Source: Octopus sinensis
Lineage: Eukaryota
Assembly: GCF_006345805.1 (NCBI RefSeq)
Contig: NW_021832016.1
Coordinates: 1-32,971 of the forward strand
Length of the DNA stretch: 32,971 bases
Direction of reading: 5' to 3'
Shown here: one piece after another, positions 32,469-32,971 of the stretch
How positions within the stretch are numbered: position 1 is the stretch's first letter
How the letters are laid out: each line of letters opens with the position of its first letter
Program-made: the position numbers and the translations under genes
The notes under the pieces: generated by a model
Told to the model about the DNA's origin: nothing
Seen by the model: only the letters and a program-made list of their open reading frames with translations
The model's database searches: none

Positions 32469-32971
32469 TCTTATGTTGTTTTTTTTTTTTCGAGCAGAGT
32501 GGGAAGGCAATTTTGAACTACAGTGTACCATTTAAAATAGCTGCCTCCTTCAACGGTAATTGTGGTTGTTATATAACGTTGGTGTATGAGCAGCTTTATA
32601 AAATGGCTGCTTCTGTTGCAGTAACGATGCTGGTGAAGATGGCGATTGGCGTAATGATGATAGTATTGGTTGATGATAATGGCTGTGGTCATGACGATAG
32701 TAGTGATGATAACGAAGAGGGGGATATAATGGTAGCAGTAGCAACGATAGTTGTAGTAGTAGTAGTAGTAGTAGTAGTAGTAAATATTTCCTTCATATTG
32801 TTTGCTGTTGCCGTTTGTGGTGTAATGTTTGCTGCTGTTGTTACTGTGTGTCTGTTGTTATATTGCTGTCGTTCTTAAGAACACTGCCAACATCTTGTCA
32901 CGTTGTGACTGACTGCTTCATCACACTTATGAGTTAACACTATGAATATGTGTGCGCGTGCGTATTTCTGT

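Noticed and set aside
32536-32645. Cluster of YY1-like words (AAAATGGCTGC, AAGATGGCG) next to a GA tract, as a possible promoter
   Set aside because: Short motifs inside a degenerate trinucleotide-rich region, with no independent evidence of a transcription start or downstream exon.
265-32878. Most ORFs in the supplied track ([20 protein letters not shown], poly-I, poly-D peptides)
   Set aside because: They are translations of dinucleotide, trinucleotide and tetranucleotide microsatellites or SINE bodies, with no protein-like complexity.

Overview
Eukaryotic, AT-rich, microsatellite-dense DNA. It is most likely from an octopus (coleoid cephalopod); this is inferred only from recognising its SINE and LINE families by eye. 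No intact protein-coding gene is visible, and almost all ORF-track entries are microsatellite translations. The window is mostly decayed mobile DNA: about 20 tRNA-derived SINE copies from 4 families, a complete 1237-bp Tc1/mariner element with DD36E-type spacing and dead transposase, a truncated hAT (Buster/Charlie-like) element, two LINE 3' ends, a ~440-bp fold-back MITE, and several Penelope-like element (PLE) remnants, one still showing RT and GIY-YIG motifs. The most notable signal is a set of seven type I hammerhead-ribozyme-like motifs from several unrelated sequence families. Two have a canonical core and stem I, three carry a U4C core change, and several sit in short non-coding modules next to (TA)n tracts. 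Also seen: a 169-bp spacer-less palindrome, a TSD-flanked SINE heterodimer, a locally duplicated conserved motif, and one candidate terminal coding exon on the minus strand. All family names come from motif recognition; no database searches or folding programs were run.
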